Shown piece after piece: positions 13,468-26,660 of a stretch of 64,000 nt of DNA. The notes below the pieces were generated by a model. The model saw only the letters and a program-made list of their open reading frames with translations, did not search any database and was not told the DNA's origin. Each line of letters begins with the position of its first letter. The stretch's first letter is position 1. This DNA is from Octopus sinensis (lineage: Eukaryota), in assembly GCF_006345805.1 (NCBI RefSeq), contig NC_042999.1, forward strand, positions 20,274,001 through 20,338,000, read 5' to 3'. A program made the position numbers and the translations under genes.

Positions 13468-13963
13468 TGTTGTGAATAGTTCAGGGACAGTACTTCTTGA
13501 CCTACTTTGCTTGGCTTGGAGACTGGAAGTCTACGGTGTAAAGTTATTGTCCTTTATTCTGTCGGATTCACGAAAGAGTGATGGCTTTTGGAAGGACCCC
13601 TCCCCTTTTGCCGGTCAAGGAAGGGTCAAAGAAACTACCTTATAAAAGCAGGAGCTGTAAATCTGAGAGCAGTTCCAGCCGGAGAAATTGAGGTAGTAAC
13701 ATGGCAGACGGGATTACGAAGGAAGTGCAGAGAAAGACAGACACACAGTCATGAGAGATGACAGGCGAGATAGTGACTGGACAGCGTGGAGGAGGACAGA
13801 CAGATAGTATTACAGGACTAGGGAGAGAGTGACAGTGACAGCGTCGAGAAAGACAGCCAGACGGGATTACGGCCTGAGGCAGATAGGACTACGGTGTGAG
13901 GCATTGGCTGTTGTACGGTATGTGTTGATTATTGAGTTGTGTTACTTATGTAAATGGCGGTGC
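13468..13963 (+). mobile_element. Possible solo-LTR-like fragment
   Basis: TG start, TATAAAAG at 13641 and purine-rich internal repeats; no CA end or TSD was found. Confidence 0.3.
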
Positions 13964-13997
13964 CCCAGCATGGCCACAGCTCGTGAGCTGAAACTAG

Positions 13998-14027
<30 letters not shown>
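13964..14027 (+). mobile_element. Retroposon 3' tail with (ATCA)n; second copy at 10697-10750
   Basis: GGCGGTGC.CCAGCATGGCCACAGCTCGTGAGCTGAAACTAGAATCAATCAA at both sites, similar to the SINE A tail. Confidence 0.7.
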
Positions 14028-14028
<1 letters not shown>

Positions 14029-14919
14029 GTAAAAGAATTGAACAATGTGAATTGAGTAAAGGACTTGTTGATGTGTTATAAAGGCTGGAAAAGAAATGAG
14101 ACTGTAAAGACATTGTGAATTAAAGAAAAAGAAAAGAGTTGTTGAAATCTAAAAGAAAGTAGAAAAAGAGAAGGACTTTGAACTGTAGCGTGAATTGTTG
14201 TGACGTTAACATTATTTGATCTGAACTTATTTGTTTGATTCGACGTGTACTGTTTAAATGCTGTTGTTTTATTGTATCTGCATGTTTAAATGCTTTGATC
14301 TGTTGTATACCTGTTTCTTGCATGTGTTTTCTTTAAATGTATTTGATGTTGTAATGATTGTCATATAAACTAGTGTTAAATGTAGCCAATTGCCTTCCGC
14401 CGTATTTCTGTATCTCTTCCTGTTTGTTGTTGTTGTTATCTCTGGTCGCCGGTCCTGCCGGGTTCGCTGCCATCCCCACCGAGTTCTCTTTGTGTGGCGA
14501 ATTCTCCGTTCGACCGGTGGTCCGTAACAATATTTTATTAGTTTGAACGATATTTCAACAGTAAGTTTGTTTTTGTCAAGTTCAAAATAAGAAATGATAA
14601 AAATTCAAAATTATAGACATTTAAATGTAAAGTATGAGCGAGAGCAACCAGCGTCCAAACTTTGATGGAATGACATCATCAGTCTTAAAGTTTCAATTTT
14701 ATAACAGGCGTAAAAAGATAGCAAGAAGACAGAAAAAAAAGAGGAAAGAAAAAAGAGAAAAAGAAGAATATTTAATCAAACAGTTTTGTATAAATTTGAT
14801 GATATTCTCCTATCATTTTATTCATTTCTCCAGAGCGTGATGTTAATAACCCGCAAACATATTTCTCCTCAAACATTCTGAGAAGTGAAAGTGAAACAGA
14901 TTCAGAATATTTTCTGAGA

Positions 14920-15452
14920 ATACGAACTTTCAAGTTACTAACTAGATATAGGACACTCCACCCAAAAAGTGACACAGAAAGACTGTATGTACCAAGAAAA
15001 AGAGGGGGAAGAGGACTTATTGCATGCGAACACAGCATTAGAGCAGAAGAAAACAACGTAACATGGTATGTAAAAGATGCTATAGAACCGCTATTATTAG
15101 AAGAAGGGAAGGTTTGTGTAGGACGAAAGATTGCAAAGATAAAGCACTGTGCAAGTAATTGAAGATGAATGAAAACTGAAAACAAGTGGGTAAAGAAAAG
15201 AATGCATGGACAATTTCATAGAGATGTTGACAGAGAAAGAAGATGGTTATGGATGATTATAAGTGAACAAATAGGGGTTGCAATAAGGGTGGAGCACTTG
15301 CAGAAAACAGCACTGCTTAGAACCGCTCGAATACTCCGGAAGGTGCTCGAAAAATAAGGGGTGTTACATTAGTTCACTTGTAATGAACAGCTGACACCGT
15401 AGTACATCTCCAGCATTAGAAGCTGTGCAAAGGCAATGATGATAATAATAAT
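14920..15452 (+). mobile_element. Internally deleted R4/Dong-like fragment, same 3' UTR as 1775-2449
   Basis: LHPKSDTERLYVPRKRGGRGLI and KRMHGQFHRD joined to LQKTALLRTARILRKVLE; the shared 3' UTR ends in TAA repeats. Confidence 0.85.
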
Positions 15453-15738
15453 GTTTACTTGCTCGTCTTAATCCATTGACTGGGGGTAAAATTGCCGCCT
15501 GGCCAAAGATTGTCTTTTTGTTGCAATAAATGCAACTATGTCTCCGATCTGAGGATCGCTAATTCGCCATTTCCCACAATCTGAGGCCATTTGTAAAAGT
15601 CACCGTTGTTATCGTTTTATTTCAACATAAATCATAAATGTAAATGTAAAGAATGAACTTAAAGTGTGGAATGAAACTTATCTGAGAATATTTCACGTTC
15701 TCGGTAAAATTATATAAGTATTAGAGCAATTTAGTTCA

Positions 15739-16124
15739 TCTCTCTATATATAAAGCTGAAGTTGTCTGTGTGTGGCAGGTTTGGTAGCCTTCAACTAACA
15801 CTATCTCCTCTAAGACCCTGCGGCGCAAGTTGACCAAAATTGAGAGTATGATAGAAAAATGCTTGCTCTTCATTTCGTAGCAGATAAAATTCAAATTGGA
15901 CCATGTTAACACCAAAAATTATTAACATAAAAAAGGTACTTTTTTTTCCATGAAAATCCCTATTTTGTAACGACTGCTGTTTCGCCATTTTTCGGTGTAT
16001 TTCAACAAGAAAAATGTTCACTTAAAGAGAATAACAAGCTTCATAATGCAAAACTTTTACTTTTCAAAAATTCCAATTCTAAAGGGTCGAAACAAACCCG
16101 AGCAACGCCGGACGATACTGCTAG
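15739..16124 (+). mobile_element. Non-autonomous Helitron-like element
   Basis: A|TC 5' end, subterminal hairpin CCCGAGCAACGCCGG and CTAG 3' end; termini shared with 50089-50860. Confidence 0.8.
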
Positions 16125-16194
16125 ATAAACACAACGCTTTGAAATTTTGGTTCTAAGTCAGTAGCATTATTTATTATTTTTTTCGGTGTGGTGG

Positions 16195-16740
16195 GGTAGT
16201 CGATTACATCGCCCCCAGGACTTGACTGGTGCATATTTTATCGACCTTGAATGAATAAATGCTGAAGTCGACCTCGGCTGGATTTGAACTCAGAATATTT
16301 TGCTGAGCATATTTGTCCGTAGTGCTATCAGTTGCGCCAGTTCTCTGCCTTTTAAAACATGTAATTTTAATATAACGTTAATCTTATTTTTCTGTTGGTT
16401 GTTTACTACCCACAAGGGGCTAAACATAAAGGGGACAAACAAGGACAGATAAAGGGATTAAGTCGATTATATCGACCCCAGTGCGAAACTGGTACCTTAT
16501 TTATCGACTCCGAAAGGATGAAAGGCAAAGTCGACCTCGGTTGAATTTGAACTCAGAACGTAGCGGCAGACGAAATACCTATTTCTTTACTACCCACAAG
16601 GGGCTAATCAAGAACAGACAAACGGACGAAGTCGATTACATCGACCCCAGTGCGTAACTGGTACTTAATTTATCGACCCCGAAAGGATGAATGGCAAAGT
16701 CGACCTCGGTTGAATTTGAACTCAGAATATTTTGCTGAGC
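16195..16740 (-). mobile_element. SINE B cluster including a tail-to-body tandem (period about 184 bp)
   Basis: CCCACAAGGGG at 16409 and 16593; junction GACGAAATAC|CTATTTCTTT. Confidence 0.85.
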
Positions 16741-17430
16741 ATTTTTTGTCTGTTGTGCTATCAATTGCGCCAGCTTTCTGCCTTTTAAAACATGTAATTT
16801 TAATACAATGCTAATCTTATTTTTCTGTTGGTTGTATAGCCTCACGTCAGCTATGTGCGTGTGCACCTATGAAATGTGTAGGTAGTCGGTTGAATAGCTA
16901 CTTGCAACTCGGAAATCATATGCTTCCACATGCAGTGGTAAATCGTGCCAGCTACTTGTAAAGATAACAAAATGATTTCTTTAGACTTCAAAAAGCAAAA
17001 ACCAAGAATCAGAATGAATGAATACTTCAGAAAAATAGCTGAAGTAAATTATAAATAAATATAGTGTTCTTGAAGTCAAGTGAAGTTGTTATTTTCATTA
17101 TAAGGAGGTATTAAATCTTGATTTAGAACCAAAATATTAAAAACAAAATTTCTAAACTATGTAAAATAAAAAATCTCTGAACCCATCCGCATATCCAGTA
17201 ATTTTTTTTGTTTTTTTTTCCTAAGTGATCTTCAATATTTAAGACGAATAAATATATAAATATTTAGCTAAAATTGTTTTTGATATAAGAAATCTCTTTA
17301 AGAGATTAAATTGAAAGACAATGCCAAGAAATGTTATTTAGTATTAACAGTAATTCACTTGTTGTCATTTAAATAAACAAGTTGTCTCTTTTTTTTTCTA
17401 TCTTTTAAACACTTGATTCTATTTTTCCAG

Positions 17431-18043
17431 TGAAGGCGCATAACTTAGTGGTTAGAGTAATTCGACTCACCGTCGTAAGTTCGATTTCCACCGAGGTCGC
17501 ATTTGCCTTTCATCATTTCGGGGTCGATAAATTAAGTACATGTTACGCACTGGGGTCAATGTAATCGACTTAATCCGTTTGTCTGTCCTTGTTTGTCCCC
17601 TCTGTGTTTAACCCCTTGTGGGTAGTAAAGAAATAGGTATTTCGTCTGCAGCTACGTTCTGAGTTCAAATTCCACCGAGGTCGACATTGCCTTTCATCAT
17701 TTCGGGGTCGATAAATTAAGTACATGTTACGCACTGGGGTCGATGTAATCGACTTAATCCGTTTGTATGTCCTTGTTTGTCCCCTCTGTATTTAGCCCTC
17801 TGTGGGTAGTAAAGAAATAGGTCGTAAGTTCGATTTCTGACGGCGCATTGTGTCTTTGAACAAGACACTTTATTTTACCTTACTCCAGGCCACTCGGCTG
17901 GCAAAACTAAGAAGCACCCGTGATTCAAAGGGCCGGCCCTGTCTCATTCTGTGTCACGCTGAATCTCCCTGAGAACTACGTTAAAAGTAGGTATGTCTGT
18001 GGGATGCTCAGCCAGGTTAATTTCGCAGGCATTATGCCAAATG
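17431..18043 (+). mobile_element. Composite SINE: tRNA-like head, tandem SINE B bodies and a family D-type tail
   Basis: Two B bodies joined at AAAGAAATAG|GTATTTCGTC. The segment 17920-18010 matches the reverse complement of 59131-59215. Confidence 0.75.
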
Positions 18044-18118
<75 letters not shown>

Positions 18119-18447
18119 ACACCATATATCATAGCACTGTGATACACGATCCCTATTGATCGTTTTTTTTCCTCTTCCCCTTTTCCCCCCTTTTTTCTTC
18201 TTTTTTTCATTTCTCTTTTCTTTTGTTCCTTTTCCTTTTCTTCTTTTTTTCTTTATTTATTTTATTTTTTATTTATTTATTTATTTATTTTGCTCTCCGT
18301 TTTCCCTTTTACGATCCCTTTTGATCGAAAACCTACACCACCTTTTTTTTGTTTCTTTTGTTTTTTGTTTTTTCATCCCCCAAAAGAAAAGCTCTACCTT
18401 GTAACTTGTCCCATCTGTGTGCAGCCCTGTGTGGCCAATAAAGAAAC

Positions 18448-18538
<91 letters not shown>

Positions 18539-18812
18539 ACAAACCAATGAACTAAATAAATAATAAATCAGAATGAGATAAACAAAATATTTGATTTGTT
18601 ATTTGAAATTTCTTTCTCAAGTCGAAAAGTTTTAATTCTTTTCTTTTCATTTCAATATTTAAAAAATGTTTTTTTTTCTTTCGTTAGAGTAATTTATTTT
18701 ACCAATTATTATTTATATGAAATAGGAAAATTTTCAATTTCTCCTCTTTTGCTTGCTGTTGTTTTCGCGTTTGCATTTTTCTTTCCTTTCTTTTTCTATC
18801 CTTTTTCCAAAG

Positions 18813-18905
18813 TAGCCTGTAGAGAGAAAATATTTGGCAACAGAGGTATTATATTAATTAAAAATTACAAAAAAGAAACTCAAGAATATTATGATTTGTG
18901 GGAAG
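18813..18905 (+). CDS. Candidate internal exon (93 nt, phase 1-1), CUB-domain N-terminus-like
   Basis: Long polypyrimidine tract plus AG, open frame (V)ACREKIFGNRGIILIKNYKKETQEYYDLWE, donor AG|GTAAAA. The C-x8-G-x-I-x3-N-Y spacing matches the start of CUB domains. Confidence 0.45.
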
Positions 18906-19935
18906 GTAAAAAAAAACACTTATAAAATAATAAATATTTGTAAATGAAAGTAAATAAATGCAAGATTATTTTTATATTTCACAGACTATATTTATAGACT
19001 ATATTTCAAAATAATAGAATTCGTTATTTTACCCTGAATTCCCATGCCTCTTTATCTGCATTTCTTTATCTCTCTTTTTCTCTCTCGTAGTCTCTGTTTA
19101 TTTCCATCTCTTCAGTCTCATTTTTCTCTTAGGCACTGTCACGCTTTACAACTATATAAAACACACATAACATACACACATCCACGCCTACACATAGATC
19201 CATAGTTACATGGGCTTGAATGTATTTGCATATATGTGCTTTGAAAACAATGACTAAGTTGAGTACAACAGCATTATCACAGATATAGTCTAGTCCTTAT
19301 ATTTTCCTTACCCAACAATACATCTATGATGAAGATATTTAGAATTCATTGTTCCATTTTACAAGACTACATGTAGTAATATTTTTGCCGTCGTCCTCAC
19401 GGTTGTTCACACTAGCCCCAAGTAAGCCATGATTGAGCAGCCCTATATTAAACGAAGTCCGTCTGACGAACATTCTGCCTTATTGTCAAACTTAATCCAT
19501 CTAGGACTATACTATCGAATTTGTCTTTAGATTTTCTTTAGAAGCAGTACGTAGGAAGCCGATTTGTAATTACCGAAAAATTCGTGTTTATATCACGCAA
19601 GAAAATGTGTTCATAGATTGGTTATACAGACGTGGGTTATACAGACGTGGAAGCACATCTCGTTTTGGATTCGTGTTATATCGCAATACTACACAGTGGT
19701 TTTGTGAGCTGCGAAATCCTCGTCGCCACTGCTATGTCGCACGTTCGGATGCCTCTACTACTCAGCTCTGCTCTCTATTACTCTGCTGTGCTCTCTCTAT
19801 ATCTACGTATTGGGCTAGCCTACTTCATCGTCTGGGGGCGTCCACAAAACAATTCAGTTCTACTGTGAGTCACTTTGGGCAAGTACCTTCCACTATAGCC
19901 CCGAGTTACACAATACCTTGGAAAAACCCATCTTG

Positions 19936-19970
<35 letters not shown>

Positions 19971-20425
19971 GTGCCTACTTATGCGTTCCTCACCGTCCTT
20001 CAGAACCGGAGTGATTTGTTTAATTCCTGTCACACATCACTTGGCAAAAGAGATTATGTGAAAAATCGCAAGACTTAAAAATGAGATTCAATTTGTTTCG
20101 ATTAAACCATCGCAAACAGAGTCCCGCACAACCACAGTCCAATGAACGAAATAAATGAAGAATGAAACTACAACAGAATATACGTTACTAAAATCTCCAT
20201 CAAATATTTCATGTTTTATAGGATTCATAGTATTCATTAAAAGACACTTCACTATCACATATGTTCATTCTGCATAAGAAATAATAATATAAATGAATAT
20301 ATGCCTATAAATAGATATGCCACACTGTTTTCAATATATATTTGGAGAACAAAGGATAAAAGAGAACAGCCACTAGCAATATTTGTACAATATTTGATAC
20401 TGCACCTTATTCTAGGAATAGACAG

Positions 20426-20772
20426 AAACGCACTGTGGATTCAGTCCAGCTGTCACATGTCGTATTATTTACCACGCCTCTCTATGCATAAACGAAAGAC
20501 CGAACTAACTTCACACTGCTCGTACATGGTAAAACTCCATCACCAATTTTTCAAACCAGATTCTAGTAACGCTGCGTTAATAGTTAGTGATGTTGAAAAA
20601 CGCACTGTGGATTCTGTCCAGATGGGACATATCGTATTATTTACCACGCCTCTCTAAGCAAAAACAAAAGACCGGCCTAACTTCATACTGCTGGTACATG
20701 ATGGAATTCCATCACAAATTTTCCAAACTAGATTGAAGTAACGCTAAATTAATAGTTAGTGATATTGAAAAA
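20426..20772 (+). repeat. 2 x 172-bp diverged tandem duplication
   Basis: AAACGCACTGTGGATTC at 20426 and 20598. Confidence 0.85.
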
Positions 20773-21027
20773 CTCGCGAGTATCTGATTAAGATGTGACT
20801 GGAATTTATAGCGTCATAAGCAATTACTTCTAAATTAGCGGGTGTGAACTGTTATAAGTTCTCCGATTGAGGCCTCCGATTGAGCGAGAGATTAATCTAC
20901 GCATGACAGACATTTAAAAGTATTATTCACTTCTAATACAATAGTTTATTCGGCGCTTTTAGATTTTTGATACCAGAAAGCAGAAATAATATCTCTGGAT
21001 TCTCTGTCTGTCTGTCTCTCTCAGTAT

Positions 21028-21118
<91 letters not shown>

Positions 21119-21120
21119 CT

Positions 21121-21167
<47 letters not shown>

Positions 21168-21200
21168 ATAATAAATTATTATACACAAACACACACGCAC

Positions 21201-21233
<33 letters not shown>

Positions 21234-21424
21234 TAATATATATATATATATAATAATAAATATTAGGGAATAAATCCAAATTTACAGGGAAAAAAATCAG
21301 ATTAGGATTAAATCGATTTTATAGTAAATATTATAAATATTATTCGAGACAAAACCACTATTTTGCAAAACAAACAAGGAAAGACTTAATTAATACATAA
21401 AATTAATAAATAGTCAAAAAACCG

Positions 21425-21467
21425 CCACTACAATCGTTTCTTGTCTTGATCGACAATCTTCAGGTGG
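21425..21467 (-). ncRNA. Type I hammerhead ribozyme (mirror copy)
   Basis: Exact reverse complement of 21528-21570. Confidence 0.8.
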
Positions 21468-21527
21468 ACTTCCAATAATTCAGTGTCAAATTATGACTTC
21501 ATAATTTGACACTGAATTATTGGAAGT

Positions 21528-21570
21528 CCACCTGAAGATTGTCGATCAAGACAAGAAACGATTGTAGTGG
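21528..21570 (+). ncRNA. Type I hammerhead ribozyme, compact
   Basis: CCAC CUGAAGA UUGUC-GAUCAA-GACAA GAAA C-GAUU-G UA GUGG: stem I CCAC/GUGG, predicted cut after GUA (21566). Confidence 0.82.
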
Positions 21571-21656
21571 CGGTTTTTTTGACTATTTATTAATTTTTAT
21601 GTATTAATTAAGTCTTTCCTTGTTTGTTTTGCAAAATAGTGGTTTTGTCTCGAATA

Positions 21657-21704
<48 letters not shown>

Positions 21705-22229
21705 AAGAGAGATAGATGTATGAGTACATATACACACATGCACATATATATACGTGCGTGTGTGTTTGTGAATATATAAATTTATTATTTATTATATGTA
21801 CATGTGTGTATGAATGTATGAACACATGGGGTCGTGTGCATGCGTATATGCATCTTTACATGTATGTATATATATATATATATATATATGAAATGCCGTG
21901 TACAGCATACCAATGCAGTTATATAGGACAGTATAGATAATCTAATAACAATGACAAGCAAACGGAAGCTTGTATGAACAATTATGTGGATGAGTAAATG
22001 ATAACAAATCGTAAAGTAACGAAAGTTGACCGGAAAACTTGTTGGTAGTATAACATTTAATATTTATTCCCTGAGCTCTTTCAAGCATATGATTTTTCAT
22101 CACATCTGCTGATCACATCTCGTCAATGCCAGGAGATAATAAAGATATATTTCCACCCGGTCTCCGTCAATAGCGGAAGGGAGCGCCAAGTGGAAGGTAT
22201 TCAGGGTACCTTTACTCTCTCTCTCTCTC

Positions 22230-22634
22230 TTTTACTCATTTACTTGTTTCAGTCATTTGACTGCGGCCATGCTGGAGCACCACCCTTAGTCGAGCAAATC
22301 GACCCCAGGACTTATTCTTTAGTCTAGTACTTATTCTATCGGTCCTTTTCCCCGAATCGCTAAGTTACGGGGACGTAAACACACCAGCATCGGTTGACAA
22401 GCGATGTTGGGGAGAGGCAATCACAGACACACAAATACACACACACGCATATATATATATATACATATATACGACGGGCTTTTTTCAGTTTCCGTCTATC
22501 AAATCCACTCACAAGGCTTTGGTCAGTCCGAGGCTATAGAAGAAGACACTTGCCCAAGGTGCCACGCAGTGGGACTGAACCCGGAACCATGTGGCTGGTA
22601 AGCAAGCTACTTACTACACAGCCTCTCCTGCGCC
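22230..22634 (-). mobile_element. SINE family A; a diverged partial copy follows at about 22885-23245
   Basis: Same head, body and tail as the other A copies. Confidence 0.9.
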
Positions 22635-23267
22635 TTTGTAAAATATAATGAACTAATTGAAAAAGTATCAATTTAGACAAATAAATTAATAGGTAACATA
22701 CAGAATAATGTACAGTAAAAAAAACCCACTAAATTACTGTATTTGAGGGCATAAAAAATGTGCGTGCATATTAGACGAAACTCAGTTTCAGCAACGCATA
22801 TTCAGAAGGGGTAAAAATGGATTTAGTGCATGAAAGAATGTAATATAGGCTCAGCGTATTCATAGAGGACCAAGGGTGATCTTTTCTTCCTTTATTTTCT
22901 TTTACTTGTTTCAGTCCCTGGATTTCGACGCATTCTCGATGTGTTTTAGTCGAACAAATTGCCCCCCAGCAACTTGTTCTCTTTTTAAATCTGGTACATA
23001 TTCTATCGTTCCACGTTTTGGAACGCAAACAAACCAACACCGGTTGTCAAATTGTAGTTGTTGTGTGAACCGACATAGAAACAGAATCACACACACACAC
23101 ACACACACACACACCACACACACACACACACACACACGATGGGGTTCCACACAGTTTCAGTCAACTAAATTCACTCACATGGCATTGGTCGGCTCGGGAC
23201 AATAATAAAAGACTTCCCCGTAACCTAGCGGCTTGGCAAAAGGACCGATAGAATAATATATATATAG

Positions 23268-23700
23268 GGAGAGAATGGTTGTATACTGTCAATCTAACAC
23301 GAACGTGACAGTAGGGGGTACAACCACCGCTGTTTAGCCCTTGGAAGCATCGACGCCTCTTGATGGCTTTGATTTAGAAATTTAGTATTTCTGATTTTGA
23401 TAATCAGTGAATAGACTTCACTGAAATTTAGATATATACATTGCGAGTCGAGACAAATATCGTCAGCTGACTGGTGTCTGCTACTCTAGGCCGACGAAGG
23501 ACAATCATCCTGAAACACGTTACCCTAAATGCAGCCCCGGGCGGCTGGGGGTGTTTGTCTCCCTTTCGTAAATGTATATAAGGACACCGGAAAAATGTGT
23601 CAAAGCCATCAGGAGGCGTCGATGCTTCCTAGGGCTAAACGGTGGTGTACCCCCCTACTGTCACGTTTGTGTTAGATTGACAGTATATAACCATTCTATC
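23268..23700. mobile_element. Inverted repeat (arms about 23274-23391 and 23599-23697) with a degenerate hammerhead in the spacer (23485-23529)
   Basis: Arms mirror with few differences. The spacer has UAGG CCGACGA AGGA-CAAUCA-UCCU GAAA CACGUUA CCCUA. Confidence 0.6.
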
Positions 23701-23756
23701 GCCCCACCACCGTACATGTCTCTACGAGAGATTTAGAAATTTAGTATTTTTGATAT

Positions 23757-23940
23757 ATAGGGAGAGTTTACGAAAAAAAACAAAAGACGAAGACAGGTGG
23801 TGTACAAAACAAACAGATGTATTAGTATAACGCTCAGGAATAGAAAAAGTCTTTTACGTTTCGAGCCTACGCTCTTCTACAGAAAGGGACACAGAAAAAA
23901 ACAAGGAGAGAAAATAAAGAATGTGTTGTGGCTAGCGATA
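23757..23940 (-). mobile_element. Short hammerhead-bearing element (family H1); motif at 23851-23886
   Basis: CUUU CUGUAGA A GAGC-GUAG-GCUC GAAA CGU A AAAG; related copies at 28599, 47895 and 54740. Confidence 0.75.
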
Positions 23941-23942
23941 TA

Positions 23943-24278
23943 AAGGGTAAAGACCCCCTTCGGTCATGAATGACCATGGGATTGCACCTAGAAAGTTACC
24001 CTCCTAGACACAAGTCCGGGCAAGATTGTTTATGGAAGACCAGCAGTCGCCCATGCATACCAGCCTCCCCTCTCCACGCCACTGATGTTATCCAAGGGAA
24101 AGGCAAAGGGGCCGATACAGCTTGGCACCAGTGACGTCGCAACTCATTTCTACAGCTGAGTGAACTGGAGCAACGTGAAATAAAGTGCCTTGCTCGAGAA
24201 CACAACACGCAGCCCGGTCCGGGATTCGAGCTCACAACCTCACGATCGTAAGCTCGACGCTCTAACCACTGAGCCAGC
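23943..24278 (-). mobile_element. tRNA-derived SINE family C
   Basis: Head CTGGCTCAGTGGTTAGAGCG..GAGCTCGAATCCC; homologous to 45136-45446 and a fragment at 58940-59120. Confidence 0.85.
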
Positions 24279-24304
24279 GATATATATATATATATACATA
24301 TATA

Positions 24305-24925
24305 TAAGCAATTAACATTCAAGTCAATTCTAATGAATTTACTTGAATACGGTACTTAACTTAGATGCACCAGAAAACTATATGGTGTTAACCATACAGT
24401 AATGTGAGGTGATTATAAACGAGAAAGAAGCAACAAGAATGGATTAGTTTTTAGTACAATTGTTTCATACAAAACAGGCTTTATTAAAAGTTGCAAAATT
24501 TGCAGCAGATAAAAGTGTCCCGTACTCATCAGCTAAAATACATATGAGTTCTCCAAACATCTTAGTGGGTGAGGCTATACTCATGAAGTATTGGAGATAA
24601 TTTCATTAAAGCAGATTTAGGTTGTAAACAGATTTCCGAAGTTCCTTAATGATGATGCACAGGCTTATCCTGTGATAAGACTGTGCATCATCATTAAGGA
24701 ACTTCGGAAATCTGTTTACAACCTAAATCTGCTTTTAATGAAATTATCTCCAATACTTCATGAGTATAGCCTCACCCACTAAGATGTTTGGAGAACTCAT
24801 ATGTATTTTAGCTGATGAGTACGGGACACTTTTATCGGCTGCAATTTTTGCAACTTTTAATAAAGCCTGTCTTTGTATGAAACAATTGTACTAAAAACTA
24901 ATCCATTCTTGTTGCTTCTTTCTCG

Positions 24926-24926
<1 letters not shown>
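24305..24926. mobile_element. Fold-back element between TA tracts; arms 24419-24669 and 24674-24926
   Basis: About 250-bp near-perfect palindrome with a 4-nt centre CTGT. Confidence 0.8.
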
Positions 24927-24960
<34 letters not shown>

Positions 24961-25539
24961 CATTATACATATCTATCTATCCATCTATATATCTATCTTT
25001 CTATTTATGCATATGGGTATGTCTGTATGCCTCTGTGTGTCGGTGGGAGAAGAGTGAGAAAGGGAGATATGATTGTGCAAATGTACTTCATATGCTAGAA
25101 TAAAAATTTTGAATATAATATTTATTTTATGATATATTCAAGTAGTACATTATTCTACGTTATTCAAAAGTGTGACATTACACTTGCTAAGGTGACTGAA
25201 TAATGCTTTTTTTCTTTTTTACATATTCAAATTTTGCGTTGCATAATGGTTTCTTGTGTCTGTTATGGAACTCTCTCATCATGTACATTTTTGGCGTTAT
25301 ACGTGTGGGACCAACTGTGTAAATATTCAATATTCAATGTCAGGTAAGTATAAAGCAATCACCCCTATGGACATAATCAATAATCTTTGAAAAGCATCAT
25401 TTTTTTTCTCTCCTTATAAACACTTCAAACAACGGCAAAGCAGAATCAATTTTCCGTCGAAAAGTAGAGAAGTAGTCGCTAATATTCATAGCTAGTTTCC
25501 CAGAATAATATTACTATTCACCTATTTGCATTTGCATCA

Positions 25540-25653
25540 TATGTGTGTGTGTGTGTTTGTGTGTATGTATATGTATGTATGTATTACATACATACATACC
25601 TGAACATATATAAATGTGCATGTGTACACTCACGCAGATATATACATAAATAT

Positions 25654-25704
<51 letters not shown>

Positions 25705-25707
25705 TGT

Positions 25708-25748
<41 letters not shown>

Positions 25749-25755
25749 TGTATAC

Positions 25756-25786
<31 letters not shown>

Positions 25787-25954
25787 ATATGTATATGCAT
25801 GTATATATACATATACATATATATGTATACATATATATATATATATACATATATATGTATATGCATGTATATATACATATACATATATATGGTTCATATG
25901 TATAGATAGATATATGGTTAGGTGCGTATATATATATGTGTGTGTGTGTGTATG

Positions 25955-25991
<37 letters not shown>

Positions 25992-26224
25992 GCAGACGCG
26001 TATGGACACATAGATGTACATATACACACATATATGTACATTAATATGTATATAATATGTATGTGCCTTAGGTTTTTTATTAAAAATATTCAAACCAAGC
26101 ATTTTAAATTCTCTATTTGAAGTAACCTACCTAACCGTCTTCTTCTAAGCAGGTAGCCACAGGATTTACCTATGTATGTATGTATGTATGTATGTATGTA
26201 TGTATGTATGTATGTATGTATCTA

Positions 26225-26255
<31 letters not shown>

Positions 26256-26362
26256 CTATCTATCTATCTTTCTATCTCTCTGTCTATCTATCTATCTATC
26301 TATCTCTATCTATCTATATATCTATCTATATATCTATCTATCTATCTATGTATCTATCTATC

Positions 26363-26453
<91 letters not shown>

Positions 26454-26660
26454 ATCTATCTGTCTATCTATCTATGTGTGTGTATGTATATGCATTCATA
26501 CGAGATTATGCATTCATGAATATACACATACAAACATGTTTGCGTGTGTAAATGTGCGTGATTATGTGTATGTATATGTGTGTGTGTGAGTATGTGTGTG
26601 TGTGTGAGTATGTGTGTGTGTGTGAATATGTGTGTGTGTGCGTGCGCGCGTATGTGTAAG
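25540..26660. repeat. Compound (TA)n, (TATG)n, (TATC)n, (TG)n microsatellites
   Basis: Seen directly. Confidence 0.95.

Larger units (their letters stand above)
21260..21663. mobile_element. PLE-like fold-back element between (TA)n tracts; arms about 21335-21496 and 21499-21663
   Basis: Near-perfect palindrome with a 2-nt centre and a hammerhead in each arm. Confidence 0.8.

Noticed and set aside
23943-24278. tRNA genes at SINE heads (also 45136, 52196, 59419, 7434)
   Set aside because: No complete cloverleaf or acceptor stem, and each continues into a shared SINE body.
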